A DNA stretch of 64,000 nucleotides. Origin: Tubulanus polymorphus. Taxonomy: Eukaryota; Animalia; Nemertea. The stretch covers positions 10,628,850 to 10,692,849 of the forward strand of contig NC_134029.1 of the NCBI RefSeq assembly GCF_964204645.1. The letters run 5' to 3'. Below the pieces are notes generated by a model. The model was given only the letters and a program-made list of their open reading frames with translations, ran no database searches and was not told where the DNA came from. The translations under genes and the position numbers were made by a program. Below are positions 51,738 to 62,725 of this stretch, piece by piece. Every line of letters begins with the position of its first letter. Position 1 is the stretch's first letter.

Positions 51738-52390
51738 AATTATGATTAGCGCATGCGCATTAAGCAAAAGCGCGCATGAATGCGCGGTTTGCCTAATGCG
51801 AACACGTTTTGATATTTCATGTCGGTCGTTTCTATTTACATAATTATATATTCATTATGTAAATATAATTATGATTAACGCATGCGCATTGATCAAAAAC
51901 GCTCCTATAAGAGCGGTTTTGCCTAGTGCACATGCGTTTGAATTTTCTATGTTCAGTTGTTTCTATTTTACAGAATGAATATATAATTAGGATTAGCGCA
52001 TGCGCATTAAGCAAAAACGCTCCTATAAGAGCGGTTTTGCCTAATGCGAACACGTTTTGATATTTTATGTCGGTCGTTTCTATTTTACAGAATTTATAGA
52101 ATGAATATATAATTATGATTAGCGCATGCGCATTGATCAAAAACGCTCCTATAAGAGCGGTTTTACCCAGTGGTATTATTTAAATATTTCATGTCGGTTG
52201 TTTCTATTATGATTAACACATGTGTATTAAGCAAAACTGGACATCAATGGCCACATGTGACGCATGTAACGCATGTGTTGTTTCTATTTTACAGAATTTA
52301 TAGAATGAATATATAATTATGATTAACGCATGCGCATTAAGCAAAAGCGCGCATTCATGCGCGCTTTTGCCCAGTGGTATTATTTAGATA
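51738..52390. repeat. Tandem array (~6 units, ~95-130 bp) with a GCGCATGCGCA core
   Basis: attatgattagcgcatgcgcattaagcaaaa recurs at ~51740, 51868, 51988, 52112, 52206 and 52316. Confidence 0.9.
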
Positions 52391-52509
52391 TCAAGGAATC
52401 GAAACAACTTATCAAAAGCAGCGAGGAATGAAAAAGGATGACGTTGATTGAAGAAATGGAAGAGGATTATAAAATATTAACCAATTTAGTAAAAAAATAT
52501 GTATAATAA

Positions 52510-53175
52510 ATGGAACCAGAACAACCACAAACTATCAATATTACAAATAACACTGGCGTTATAAACATATATTACAAGAAGTGTTCTAAATGTGAATTAG
52601 ATAAATCATTAACAGAATTTAGTAAGCGTAAGATTAGCAAAGATGGTTTTCAATATTGCTGTAAAACTTGCATTAAACTATATACCAAACAATACCGAGA
52701 AGATAATAGAGAAGCTTATAATGATTATATGACAGAATATATGAGAGAAAGATATCAAACAGATCTTAATTTTAGATTGAAACAATGCTTAAGGACTAGA
52801 TTAACACAATTATTCAACAAAGAAACACATTCAGAAACACTATCTAATCTATTGGGTTGTTCAGATGAATTTCTCAAATCATGGATTATATTTCAATTCG
52901 ATGATAAAATGAATATAGATAATTATGGGGATTATTACCATATTGATCATGTGTTGCCGATTTCTAAATTTAATATGAATGATGAATACAATAAAAAACT
53001 TATTTGGGGTTGGAAAAATTTAAGGCCTTTAGAAAAGAAAGAAAATCAAACCAAATCTAATAAACTAGATTTACAGTTATATTTAGAACAGTTAACAAAG
53101 GCAAAGAAATTTATTGATCAATGGAATAATAATCCAAATAATGAACAATATGTTGGGTCTTTAATGAGTGGTTGA
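52510..53175 (+). CDS. HNH/EndoVII-like endonuclease with N-terminal CxxC zinc ribbon
   Basis: CSKC...CKTC, LLGCS..FLK.WI..QF...M...NYG..YHIDHVLP...NLRPL...EN..K.NK. Confidence 0.85.
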   Translation: MEPEQPQTINITNNTGVINIYYKKCSKCELDKSLTEFSKRKISKDGFQYCCKTCIKLYTKQYREDNREAYNDYMTEYMRERYQTDLNFRLKQCLRTRLTQLFNKETHSETLSNLLGCSDEFLKSWIIFQFDDKMNIDNYGDYYHIDHVLPISKFNMNDEYNKKLIWGWKNLRPLEKKENQTKSNKLDLQLYLEQLTKAKKFIDQWNNNPNNEQYVGSLMSG

Positions 53176-53424
53176 AGAATAATAGATTTTAAAAAAAATA
53201 TAATAAAAATTACATACCTTCAACTATCTATTATTTCTATTTTAATTTTTAATATTTTCTTTTCAAAAGAGAATACTTTATATCACAAATAAAAAATACT
53301 AAAAAAAAACAATAACTAATACTAGAATTCTTTAACTTTAACTAGCTAGTATTAATCTAAAGAGATACTGGTATCATTTGAAGAATACTTATAATACTAT
53401 TCTTATTAAATTTCTCTAATATAA

Positions 53425-54042
53425 ATGTCTAAGAAATCGAATAAGAATAATATTAAAGTTGAAAAAACTTTGGAAGATTTAGGTCTAACAGATGATAATG
53501 ATAATGTGGTAACTAAATGTGATAATAAAATTGATAGTAATATTGATTATGAATACTATTTATATTGTAAGCATCATCTAGAACTATTGATTGCGAGTGG
53601 AAAAACTAAAGAGTTTATTGGTAAAACAATAACTTTTCAAGAATTAGATAATATAAACAAAGAAAAAGTAATTAAATATTTTAAGATTTATGAAGAGTCA
53701 AGATTAGCTAGAATAAATGATTCTATTTCAGATGGTATTATCAAATGTTATTCAAAATTATGTAACCGGCTAATACCAATTAATGATGAAAATAAATTAT
53801 ATAGTGATTTAAAAAATGACTATTTAGTTATGACTGAATTACAAAAATGGGTTGGATATGCTTCATTTCAATTAGGATCGGTTATGACATTGATTTCTAC
53901 TGGAGTTATAACATTTTCGAATATCAAACCTATGGAAAACAAAGATAAAAGTAAATTAGGTAAGAATGAAACAGATGTACTACAACCAAACGTCGAAACA
54001 CAAAATGAATCAGAACAAAAATTAACTAAAATAAATGAGTGA
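53425..54042 (+). CDS. Polinton hypothetical protein (205 aa)
   Basis: Homolog 47849..48451. Confidence 0.8.
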   Translation: MSKKSNKNNIKVEKTLEDLGLTDDNDNVVTKCDNKIDSNIDYEYYLYCKHHLELLIASGKTKEFIGKTITFQELDNINKEKVIKYFKIYEESRLARINDSISDGIIKCYSKLCNRLIPINDENKLYSDLKNDYLVMTELQKWVGYASFQLGSVMTLISTGVITFSNIKPMENKDKSKLGKNETDVLQPNVETQNESEQKLTKINE

Positions 54043-54421
54043 TGGAGTTAAGAAAAAGCCTAGATCTGAGAAACAAATTAAATGGGCAAGAGAATTAGGT
54101 AAAAGATCATCAGAATTAAAAAAAGCTAAGAAAAAGAAATTAACTGATATAAATGAATCACCTGATGATGCCGTACAGCACCCACACGGTGGTATTGATT
54201 CAAATAATAATCCATCTAATTCTTCTAATAGTGGAAGAAATAATTACTTATATATTACAATTGGGTTAATCACAATTATTATATTATCCGGTGTAATATA
54301 TAAATCAAAATTCAAATCTGACGATAAAGATGATCGGAAACTTAGTTATCCGTGTACAGACAATAAACCACCAGAAAATAAATCAAATGAAAATAAATCT
54401 AAAATATTATTAATGGATTAA
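54035..54421 (+). CDS. Basic single-TM protein (128 aa) with an in-frame palindromic insert
   Basis: Homolog 47497..47856. Confidence 0.75.
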   Translation: MSDGVKKKPRSEKQIKWARELGKRSSELKKAKKKKLTDINESPDDAVQHPHGGIDSNNNPSNSSNSGRNNYLYITIGLITIIILSGVIYKSKFKSDDKDDRKLSYPCTDNKPPENKSNENKSKILLMD

Positions 54422-54424
54422 AAT

Positions 54425-55513
54425 ATGATGAAAAAAGAACAATATTTAAGAGATTTATATTATAACCCAGAAAGTGAAGTTTCATATTCAAGTGTTTCGG
54501 AATTATGGGATAAAATAAAATCTGATAAAGAAAAAATAAAATATAGTGAATTAAAATCATGGTTACAAAATCAACCCACATATCAAATTCATAAAAAGAT
54601 GGATAAAAAATATTTAACAAGAAAAGTAATGGTTTCATATATTGACCAACAATGGCAAGCTGATTTAATTGATATGAAAAACTTAGAAGAATATAACAAA
54701 GGATATTTCTGGATACTGAATGTTATAGATATATTCAGTAGATACGCATGGAGTATCCCGATTAAAAATAAAACTGGTATAGAAGTAACAAATACTTTTA
54801 AATCTATATTTAAAGAAGCTATCCCAGATAAAATACAATTTGATGAAGGTAAAGAATTTTATAACAAACATTTTAAAAAACTATTAACTGATAACGATGT
54901 AGAATATTTTTCAACACATTCAGATAAAAAAGCATCTGTTATAGAAAGATTTAATAAAACATTGAAAACTAGAATGTGGAAATATTTTACTGCTAATGAA
55001 ACATATAAATATATCGATGTGTTAGATGATTTAATGAAAGGTTATAATAATTCTAAACATAGTTCTATAAATATGAAACCTATACAAGCTAGAAAAGAAG
55101 AAAATTCAGAAATAGTTTGGAATAATTTATATGGCGCATTTGTTACACATGATTTTGGAGAACCTAAATTTAAAATAAGACAACATGTTAGAATATCTTA
55201 ATATCGAAAAACATTTTATAAAGGGTATACCCCTAATTTTACAGAAGAAATATTTAAAATTAAAAAGATAATATTAACTAAACCATTTGTTTATAAACTA
55301 GAAGATCTAAAAGATGAAGAAATATTAGGTTATTTCTATGAACAAGAATTATCACTTGTACCAAATCCAGATGAAATAGAATACAAAATAGAAAAATTAT
55401 TGAAAACAAAAACTCTTAAAGGAAAAAAGTATTCTTTGGTGAAATATAAAGGATATGATGATAAATTTAATGAATGGATTTTAGCTAGTAAAATTAAAAG
55501 AATAAATGAATAA
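54425..55513 (+). pseudogene. rve integrase, frameshifted near 55199 (C-terminal/chromo part out of frame)
   Basis: tct taa ata vs copy A tct aaa tat (1-nt insertion); downstream sequence remains homologous. Confidence 0.88.
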
Positions 55514-56120
55514 AGATTTATTTATATTTGAACCACATAATATGTTAATAACTGGAGTTACGAATTGTGGTAAAACACACTTCATATTAGATTTATTAGA
55601 AACTATTTATAAAAATCATTTTGATAATATAATATTATTCTGTCCTACTTATGAAATGAATGAAACGTATAATAGAGATATAGTTTTTAAAGATAAAAAG
55701 TTTATTATATTAAATTCTAAAACAGTGAAAGATAATTTAGATAATTGTATAAAAATTGCATTAGATATTTATAAAGGATCAAATACATTATTTATTATTG
55801 ATGATTGCGCAAATTTACATGATTCTAAAATTAGAGAAAGTGAGTTATGTTATTTAGCTTTCTCTGGTAGACATTTTGGGATAACAACATGGGTTTTAAA
55901 TCAGAAATATAATTCAATTGTGAAAGATTTTAGAGAGAATATAAGATTTCTAGTTTTATTCTACAACAAAGATAGAAAATCTATGCAACAATCATTGGAA
56001 GAAAATCAAATTATACCTACTGAATTACATGATGAATATATGAATAAATTAAAGAATAATAAAGGTTCAAAATTATTACTGAGATTACAATTTCCATATG
56101 AATATAAATTTATAAAATAA
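55506..56120 (+). CDS. A32/FtsK-like packaging ATPase, intact
   Basis: Walker A GVTNCGKT, Walker B LFIIDD, GRH and Q motifs. Confidence 0.9.
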   Translation: MNKDLFIFEPHNMLITGVTNCGKTHFILDLLETIYKNHFDNIILFCPTYEMNETYNRDIVFKDKKFIILNSKTVKDNLDNCIKIALDIYKGSNTLFIIDDCANLHDSKIRESELCYLAFSGRHFGITTWVLNQKYNSIVKDFRENIRFLVLFYNKDRKSMQQSLEENQIIPTELHDEYMNKLKNNKGSKLLLRLQFPYEYKFIK

Positions 56121-56281
56121 CTATTTATATACCTATGTATTAGATACCCTATTAGATACCCTACTACCCCATTAGATACCCTAATACCTGATACCCTAAT
56201 ACCTAATACCCTATTAGATACCTTAAATAATTAAAACCCCCTTTTTTATTTACTATTATTTTATACAATTTTCAACCTTTA

Positions 56282-57280
56282 TTATTCGATTAATAGATAA
56301 TTACTTTCTGAATCACTTTCACTATCAGACCTTAACAACATATTTAAATGCTCTACCGAATTTACATCAACATCTTTATAATTTTTTTTCACCTTTTTCG
56401 CCTTTTTTACCACACCACCAATAGTTGTTTCATTGTTACGCTTACTTATCCTTTCTATCATATCATCAATAGTTTCTTCTTTATGTTTCATAGAATCTTT
56501 AATATCAATATGTTTAACTGTAACTATATCATCATGTGGGCGTATGGCACCATTTTCATTATCATCTTTATTAGAGTTTGCTCCTAATATTTCATTTACA
56601 GTGTTTGATCCTAATATTTCATTAGCATCAGTTAAATCTAATTCATCTTTATTAGGTGTTGCTAATAAAAAATCTTCATATAATTCTTTACCATTTACTT
56701 TTTTATTTGAAACAAATTTTGTAACATATCTAAATGGGTGTTCTATAAATTCTTTTAAACCAACACGTTCTATAACATTAGTAATATGTGAATTTGTATT
56801 CATATGTTTATTCCAATTTGATGGAGCGTTTGAAAATTCACCATTACAATAACCACAATAATTTCTATTTTCACTAACATTTAATATTATTGCATTATTA
56901 GATGTAGAAGGTATTACATTATTAGATGTAGAAGGTATTACATTATTAGATGTATTAGGTATCACATTATTAGATGTAGAAGGTATTACAGGTGTAGAAG
57001 GTATTACATTATTAGATGTAGAAGGTATTACAGGTGTAGTAGGTATTACAGATGTAGTAGTAGGTATTACAGGTGTAGTAGGTATTACATTATTATCAAT
57101 TACACTATTATTAACAACACCACTTTTATTATTATCGATTTCTATCAGTTTAGTTTTATAATTTTTAAAAATAGGATCAAATATCAAAGCTATATTACAA
57201 GGTATTACATAATATAAACCATCATTATTTTCATGTGTATCGATGTATGGAATATGTTTATATACTTTACCTCCTTCCAT
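56282..57280 (-). CDS. Low-complexity zinc-finger protein (332 aa)
   Basis: VIPST repeats; CGYC...HMNTNSH. Confidence 0.75.
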   Translation of the reverse strand: MEGGKVYKHIPYIDTHENNDGLYYVIPCNIALIFDPIFKNYKTKLIEIDNNKSGVVNNSVIDNNVIPTTPVIPTTTSVIPTTPVIPSTSNNVIPSTPVIPSTSNNVIPNTSNNVIPSTSNNVIPSTSNNAIILNVSENRNYCGYCNGEFSNAPSNWNKHMNTNSHITNVIERVGLKEFIEHPFRYVTKFVSNKKVNGKELYEDFLLATPNKDELDLTDANEILGSNTVNEILGANSNKDDNENGAIRPHDDIVTVKHIDIKDSMKHKEETIDDMIERISKRNNETTIGGVVKKAKKVKKNYKDVDVNSVEHLNMLLRSDSESDSESNYLLIE

Positions 57281-57312
57281 TTATTATATACATTTTTATT
57301 AAAGTTAAAATT

Positions 57313-58560
57313 TTAATACATAACACCATCTAATTGTGAATTTACAATATTTAATTGCGCGTCAGATATAATATAAATATGCATTTTAAAATTTTTAATT
57401 CCCTTTTTCTTTATCATGAATAATTGTATTCCATCTTTTGTATTTTGTAGTTTTTTTCCAGAACCATGTAATGAATTATCTTCAGTTGTTCTAAAATCTA
57501 ACCATAATGCATATTTATTACCGGTATAATAATCAATTTGATTAATGTTACAATTTTCAAATGATTTTATTTTTTCATTCATAAAATGTTTTTCAATTTC
57601 TACCCATTGATCTATCATTCTCATTCCTTGACAAAATATTTTATTTGCTATTCCTTCGATAGTTATTTCTACTTTTGTTATTTCAGGATTATAATAATTA
57701 TCAACATTTATTGCGCCATTAGTATACGTTCCAATGGTAAAAAATATTAATATACCTTTAATAGATCTTCTAGGAAAGTTAATATTCTCATTAATTATTT
57801 CATCATTTGCATTAATAGTTACAGTTTTAAATTTATCAATATAATCATATAATAATGAAAATCCTTGATTGTATTGAGTTTGAATTATACTTGAAATATT
57901 TTCATCAGTTACTGTATCATATTCTAAACATATATTCGATAATTTATAACTCATATCTTTATTAACGCTAGATAATACAATTTCATTTACAGGAGCAAAT
58001 GTTATCTCAAATATAACATCTTCTTGAATTGCGTATTTATATAAAGGGGCATTATTATTTATCAATTCAAAGTCTAATGGAATTTTATATTTGTTTCCAT
58101 ATATACTTTTTATCAATTTATCTACATCATTTGTTAATATTGCGCTATTAGCTTCTGATCTTAATTTATTTTGGTTTTCTGATTGGATGCCTTGAAATAT
58201 CATATTATTTCTATTTTCTTTAGTTAACCATAAATCTTTATAGTGCATAAATAAATTATAATCATCTAATGAGAAAACTGTTTCTGGACCAATCTTTATT
58301 GTTAACTTTTTAATCAAATATCTTCCAACATTATCAACGACATAATTATTATTATTACCGATTACTTTTATATCAGCTGATAAATAAATACTGTTTGGAA
58401 CGTAAAAAGTATTTTGTGTTAATCGAGGGATTCTAACGTATAAAGTTTCATCGGGATTAATATTTGAAGGGTTATGAGTAATTATATGATGTGATCTTTC
58501 TGCTTTAATAGCATTAGATATTCTATGATTCTTAGAAGGATTGATATAACTCCCACTCAT
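57313..58560 (-). CDS. Probable double-jelly-roll major capsid protein (415 aa), intact
   Basis: Size, beta-rich pattern, high conservation between copies and position in a Polinton; fold not verified. Confidence 0.7.
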   Translation of the reverse strand: MSGSYINPSKNHRISNAIKAERSHHIITHNPSNINPDETLYVRIPRLTQNTFYVPNSIYLSADIKVIGNNNNYVVDNVGRYLIKKLTIKIGPETVFSLDDYNLFMHYKDLWLTKENRNNMIFQGIQSENQNKLRSEANSAILTNDVDKLIKSIYGNKYKIPLDFELINNNAPLYKYAIQEDVIFEITFAPVNEIVLSSVNKDMSYKLSNICLEYDTVTDENISSIIQTQYNQGFSLLYDYIDKFKTVTINANDEIINENINFPRRSIKGILIFFTIGTYTNGAINVDNYYNPEITKVEITIEGIANKIFCQGMRMIDQWVEIEKHFMNEKIKSFENCNINQIDYYTGNKYALWLDFRTTEDNSLHGSGKKLQNTKDGIQLFMIKKKGIKNFKMHIYIISDAQLNIVNSQLDGVMY

Positions 58561-58603
58561 TTATTTAACAAAAAAATTAATTATTTATTTTTGATATCAT
58601 GGT

Positions 58604-60184
58604 TTACTTGATATTTTTTGATATCATATTCACTAACCCAAAAATAATAGCACTTACAACTGTAATTAAAAATAAAATAATATGTTCAGCAGCAAAGTTA
58701 ATAATGTTTCCTGCAGATTTCAATATAAAACCAACAATTGAAGCAATAACTCCTGGTAAAGCTGCAGCAGATTTTTTAGATAGTTCCCATAAATATTTTG
58801 CTAATTTCTTTAAACCATCTTTAACTTTATCTTGTATAGAATTATTACCTGGAGGTTTATCTGGTTTATTGGGAGTGGGAGTAGGAGTAGATTTCAAAGC
58901 ATTTGATATTGCTAAACCAATTGTTGTAAATACCATAGTTACAGATGTTAGAATTGAAAGAATTGTTATTCCTTCTAATTTAAATAATAATCTTATTCTG
59001 TCTTTTAATGATATTTCAGAATTTGGTTTTATTAGATATCTTTTAAAAACATCTTTTAATCTTTTAAAATTATTACCAAATTCTTTTAATAATATATCTC
59101 TTTCACCTTTTTGTACTTCTAAATTATCTTTTAAATTATTAATTTCTTTTTCTAAACCTAATTCTTTTTGTCTATATTCTATTTCATCTATTACTTGATG
59201 GTCTAAATCAGACTTTAATTTTTCTATTTCTTTATTTTTATCAGTTAATTCTTTTTCTAAAATGTTAATTTTAATATCTCTTTTACTTTTTTCATGCGCA
59301 ATTTTATCAGCTGATTCTTGCATACCTTTAATTTCTCTACGTGTTTGTTCAGGAAATGCTTCTAATTCATCATCAGTTAAATCAAGTAATCCTTTTTCTA
59401 GTAAAGATTGTATTCGATTTATTCCAATACTATTCATCTCTTCGTCAAATGAATCTCTTAATCTATCAATTTGTTTTTCTAATACTAATTGTAATTGACT
59501 TGAATCATTATCAATTTGTTGAGTGTCTCTTCTCGATGTTTCGGGTGTTGAAGATCTTAATCTATCTAATCGATCTCTATGATCTTCCATTTCTGTTTCT
59601 AAATTATTATCGATTATTTTAAATAAGTTATCAATTCTTTCACTAAATACTCTTATATTATTATTTCTTTCTTCTTGTGTAACATTAGTTATTTCATTAC
59701 TATTACTTATTCTCTTAATTCTATCTGGTTCTAACTTAAGCAAAGTTGATTCTGCTAATATTTTACTTAGTTTTGTACTTTGATTAGTGATATTAATATA
59801 GTAATCATCTTTCAAATGATAATAATATTCACCATCTAAAAACTTTAAATCTTGTACTAAAAGTCTGGCGCCTCTGTAATTTATATTATATCCAGATCTT
59901 TCAAATACATCTTGAAACTTATATATAAATCCAATATTTTCTAAATCTTCCTTTTTTAAACCTTGATTTTCATTTTCAGGATTTATTCTCGATCTAGTTC
60001 TTCTATCAAATTCATCTGTTGATGGGGCTTTAGAACCACTATCTGCTAAATTAGTATTATATCCTGATTCATCATCATTATCAATATTAGTTTCATTAAA
60101 ATCGGGTTGTGGTTCATCATCAATATATCCTTCATTATTATTTCCCATTTCTCCCATTTCATAATCTTCTACACCTTCTACCAT
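58604..60184 (-). CDS. Acidic/coiled-coil membrane protein (526 aa)
   Basis: Homolog 41529..43244. Confidence 0.8.
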   Translation of the reverse strand: MVEGVEDYEMGEMGNNNEGYIDDEPQPDFNETNIDNDDESGYNTNLADSGSKAPSTDEFDRRTRSRINPENENQGLKKEDLENIGFIYKFQDVFERSGYNINYRGARLLVQDLKFLDGEYYYHLKDDYYINITNQSTKLSKILAESTLLKLEPDRIKRISNSNEITNVTQEERNNNIRVFSERIDNLFKIIDNNLETEMEDHRDRLDRLRSSTPETSRRDTQQIDNDSSQLQLVLEKQIDRLRDSFDEEMNSIGINRIQSLLEKGLLDLTDDELEAFPEQTRREIKGMQESADKIAHEKSKRDIKINILEKELTDKNKEIEKLKSDLDHQVIDEIEYRQKELGLEKEINNLKDNLEVQKGERDILLKEFGNNFKRLKDVFKRYLIKPNSEISLKDRIRLLFKLEGITILSILTSVTMVFTTIGLAISNALKSTPTPTPNKPDKPPGNNSIQDKVKDGLKKLAKYLWELSKKSAAALPGVIASIVGFILKSAGNIINFAAEHIILFLITVVSAIIFGLVNMISKNIK

Positions 60185-60200
60185 TTACATAATAAAAAAA

Positions 60201-61586
60201 TTAAAATTTAAAATATAATATTCCTCCGATTACAATTCCTATACAAGTTATAGCTAATTTAGTATTTTCATGGGATTTATTATCATCATTTAGTTTAATT
60301 ATATCATGTTGAATTTTATCAGTTCTATTATTTTCTGATGTATTGTAATCTTTTATTTTAGAATCATTATTTAATTTAATATTCTTAGTTTTAGTTTCTG
60401 TTGATTGAATATGTTTTTTATTTTTTTCACCTTCCATTAATTTTGGAGCAGTAATAATCTTTTTATTTATATCATTTAATCCAAATGAATTATTTATTGT
60501 TGCAGTTTTAATTAGATTATTATAACCAATTATATTTCCCATCTTCAATACTAAATCATTAGAAATAATTAATAGATTAGGGCCTATACAATTAAGTCTT
60601 ACATGAGATTTATCTAAATAATTTTGATATCTTATAATGTTTTCTGGAATCGATCTATTTTTATCATTATGTATGGAATCTTCAAATAAAACTTTAAATT
60701 GTTTTTGTGTATCGAATGATGTATTCAAATTTCCAATTATCGGTGATCTTGTTTCAACTTGTGATCCTAGAATACAAATCAAATAAGTTCTAATAGATTG
60801 ATTTATTCTTTCTATACCTGATTTAGTAAAACCTTCACTATTTTCTAAAATAAAATAAACCCAACCATTATTGTTTTCTTGTTTTAAATTATCATAAAAT
60901 TTCGGTAATTTATTGAAATTTAATGTTTCTAAATCCTTTGTTTCTATTTTACCATAACCTAATTTATTATTATAGATATTATAAAAACTATTAGATGGTA
61001 TGGGAAGTGCACAATATTCTGCAATCTTTCTAGGGCATGGAAGTGATCTTATTGTTCCAATTTTTGTTCTAAAATCAGAATTATTTATATTTATATTAAA
61101 TTCATTACAAATTTTATAAAACTTTGATAAATTAATATTATTATCCAATTCTTTGAAATACCTAGATCCTGGTAAAGCGCACTCTAATTCATTTAATATT
61201 ATTCTGATTTGAAAGTATGTATGAAATCTAAATAAACTTTGAATTAGTTTATATTTAGAATTATTCAAATGATCATTCCAACTAATTCCACATCTTGTTG
61301 TTGCACAATAAACAGCAAAATTTAATTGATTCTGCCAATACTTCATATTAGATTTTAATAACCATTGTTTTTCATCTTTCAATTTTTTAAAATTAATTAA
61401 ATATATATGAAATATATTTTCCATCTTTGCATTAAAATTATTAGTTTCAGTAACATAAATTTCTAAATTAGTTAATGAATCTAAAACTTCATTTCTATAT
61501 GTAATATCTTTATTAAAATCTATTGCTGGAATATTATATTTAATTGATTTATTATATCGGAAAGCTTTTGGAAAACTATCTACCAT
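60201..61586 (-). CDS. Conserved Polinton protein with C-terminal TM (461 aa)
   Basis: Intact ORF; homolog 40183..41512. Confidence 0.8.
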   Translation of the reverse strand: MVDSFPKAFRYNKSIKYNIPAIDFNKDITYRNEVLDSLTNLEIYVTETNNFNAKMENIFHIYLINFKKLKDEKQWLLKSNMKYWQNQLNFAVYCATTRCGISWNDHLNNSKYKLIQSLFRFHTYFQIRIILNELECALPGSRYFKELDNNINLSKFYKICNEFNININNSDFRTKIGTIRSLPCPRKIAEYCALPIPSNSFYNIYNNKLGYGKIETKDLETLNFNKLPKFYDNLKQENNNGWVYFILENSEGFTKSGIERINQSIRTYLICILGSQVETRSPIIGNLNTSFDTQKQFKVLFEDSIHNDKNRSIPENIIRYQNYLDKSHVRLNCIGPNLLIISNDLVLKMGNIIGYNNLIKTATINNSFGLNDINKKIITAPKLMEGEKNKKHIQSTETKTKNIKLNNDSKIKDYNTSENNRTDKIQHDIIKLNDDNKSHENTKLAITCIGIVIGGILYFKF

Positions 61587-61602
61587 TTATATAACTAAAA
61601 AA

Positions 61603-62037
61603 TTAATAATTTATTAATTCTTTTAATAATTTATCTTGTTCTTCAACTGTTATATGGCCATTTAAACTTATTATATAATCTAGTGTGTTCTTTAATTTAT
61701 TAATTTCTTTTATATTAGTTTTAATTTTTTCTTTATTACTTTTTATATTTAATTTTGAACTTATACCAGTTAAAACACTTGAACTTAATCCTAATACACC
61801 AATTGATATAGCTAAAGGTGTTAATGGGCTGAATATTGCTAAAAATGTTATTACAGAACTAATTGTAACCGAACCACTTATAATCAAATAATATATAATT
61901 TTACTTTTTAAATATTTTTTCTTTTTTATCTTTAAGTCACTTTCAAATTCTAATATTTGTTTTTCTAAATATGTTTTTAATTTAGTTTTATTTATATCAT
62001 GAGGAATAATATCAATACAATCAACTTTATCTTCCAT
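61603..62037 (-). CDS. Two-TM membrane protein (144 aa)
   Basis: Homolog 39732..40166. Confidence 0.8.
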   Translation of the reverse strand: MEDKVDCIDIIPHDINKTKLKTYLEKQILEFESDLKIKKKKYLKSKIIYYLIISGSVTISSVITFLAIFSPLTPLAISIGVLGLSSSVLTGISSKLNIKSNKEKIKTNIKEINKLKNTLDYIISLNGHITVEEQDKLLKELINY

Positions 62038-62056
62038 TTATTTAGAATAAAAATTA

Positions 62057-62479
62057 CTAATTAGTAAACTTATAAGCAACAAATATAACAATAACAGTTC
62101 CACCTAAAATCCAAATTATTTCATATTTCTGTTGTTCTTTACTCGGGGTATAATAATCTGATAATTTAGGTTTGTATAGATGTAATTTTTCTTTATTGGT
62201 TACTGCGTTATATAAACTCATTGCATCATCAACTGATTGAAAATCTCTGTGTGAAATCTTCTGATCATATAATTCTTTATTGATGTAATCCATATAGTTT
62301 TGTCTCTTTTCTCTATATTCTTCTGCAGCTTTATTGTATTTCTCTAACGCTAAGTTATGTCTTCTTTGTTCTCCTAATGAACTATTTTTATCAATATGTT
62401 TAAATAAATAACCACCACCAGTAAATGCTAAAGCGTTAACAATTGCCGATCCTATAATAGTTATAATTGCAGAAGCCAT
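62057..62479 (-). CDS. Membrane/coiled-coil protein (140 aa)
   Basis: Hydrophobic N- and C-termini. Confidence 0.8.
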   Translation of the reverse strand: MASAIITIIGSAIVNALAFTGGGYLFKHIDKNSSLGEQRRHNLALEKYNKAAEEYREKRQNYMDYINKELYDQKISHRDFQSVDDAMSLYNAVTNKEKLHLYKPKLSDYYTPSKEQQKYEIIWILGGTVIVIFVAYKFTN

Positions 62480-62503
62480 TTATTTAGCAAAAAAATTATG
62501 CAT

Positions 62504-62725
62504 TTATATGGGAGGAATATATTTTTGTTTTTCCAAATAATCAATAGTTAAATTAGATAAAGTAACTGCTAACGTTAACTTTAAAATATCATTTATATCA
62601 AATCTATCAAATCTATCACTTCCCATTTTGAATACTTTTTTTAATACCATTGAATAACCAACAGTTCCAACTGATAGTAATGCGCCATTATATAATCCAG
62701 TTATTATCCACTTATTATCACTCAT
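62504..62725 (-). CDS. Small hydrophobic protein (73 aa)
   Basis: Homolog 39048..39269. Confidence 0.8.
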   Translation of the reverse strand: MSDNKWIITGLYNGALLSVGTVGYSMVLKKVFKMGSDRFDRFDINDILKLTLAVTLSNLTIDYLEKQKYIPPI

